A stretch of 61,669 bases of DNA, counting the filler, from Dirinaria sp. TL-2023a (lineage: Eukaryota), in assembly GCA_051941275.1 (NCBI GenBank). It is 4 parts of 4 records of this genome, joined end to end, with 100 filler letters (N's around TTAATTAATTAA, not from the genome) between each part and the next. Parts side by side here need not be neighbours in the genome. Positions count along the whole stretch, not along the records: positions 46,362 to 61,669 come from JAVEBF010000554.1; 3 more parts are not named here. One strand, 5' to 3'. A model generated the notes under the pieces. It was given only the letters and a program-made list of their open reading frames with translations. It searched no databases and had not been told where the DNA came from. Each line of letters begins with the position of its first letter. Positions within the stretch are counted from its first letter, which is position 1. Both the position numbers and the translations under genes were made by a program. Positions 61,181-61,669 of this stretch are shown here, piece by piece.

Positions 61181-61669
61181 ACCCCTAAAACCGGACCGCA
61201 AACTTACCTACCTTGACACAGGCGATACCCTCACCCTCTCAACGCCCTACTACAGCGCCGCGATCCCAATATGGCACGACACGCTCAGCCCCGACAAAAC
61301 CTCAATCTCCGACTGGCGGTCCGAATGGCTCGCTTCTGAAGCAGGCGAGGTAGTTCAAAACATTGGAGCATGGATAATCGGCGCACGGAAACCGGCTTCG
61401 AACGCGGAGCTCGTATGCCAACTCACCCCCCCCAACGGGGCCTCCCCCCAACTCTACACTTTCCACCCGAATTAATATACTTACTATCTCCTAGGAAATA
61501 TTAAAACAGCTCTTGAGTACGATCAAGGAAGTGATTGAGCATCATAGTAGCAGCAATAGTGGTGGTGGTGAGGATAACGCGGCGTTGCGACTGGTTCTAG
61601 GCCTACCGCAGCCATTGACGCCACGGCTTGTGCTGGGTGCTGAAGAGTGGGATGATATTGGGCGGGAAT
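61043..61669 (+). CDS. Alpha/gamma-adaptin-binding p34 / Irc6-like protein (partial, runs off the window)
   Basis: After an intron containing (CT)n, the reading is TLTLSTPYYSAAIPIWHD...EWLASEAGEVVQNIGAWII. Confidence 0.65.
61151..61178. repeat. (CT)n microsatellite in intron
   Basis: About 14 CT units are visible. Confidence 0.9.

Overview
Intron-rich filamentous ascomycete DNA (Pezizomycotina, probably Eurotiomycetes; taxonomy is inference) with three artificial N-gaps carrying a TTAATTAATTAA linker. The left ~15 kb is a compact six-gene biosynthetic cluster with no PKS, NRPS or terpene synthase core. It encodes an IucA/IucC-type NIS ligase, a cytochrome P450, a 547-aa orphan with a DDxxE motif that I read as an AnkA-like tRNA-dependent Arg-containing cyclodipeptide synthase (RCDPS), a PrpF-family aconitate isomerase, a CCoAOMT-type O-methyltransferase and a cystathionine gamma-synthase-like PLP enzyme. 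This matches the ank (NK13650) cluster logic, but it adds PrpF and shows no FMO or ATP-grasp gene, so it may make a new cyclodipeptide-homoserine-(aconityl) product. The region from 15.5 to 31 kb is accessory: decayed ORFs, a sugar porter, a second P450 and a CAP/PR-1 protein. The right half is conserved: RGS-LOV photoreceptor, DUF3431 protein, a hypothetical protein, group II G-alpha, mS38/COX24, a septin-like P-loop protein, PHS1, a DNF3-like flippase, a Pho2-like homeobox factor, GEP4, SmD3 and IRC6/p34. All calls come from motif recognition and manual splicing; no database searches were run.
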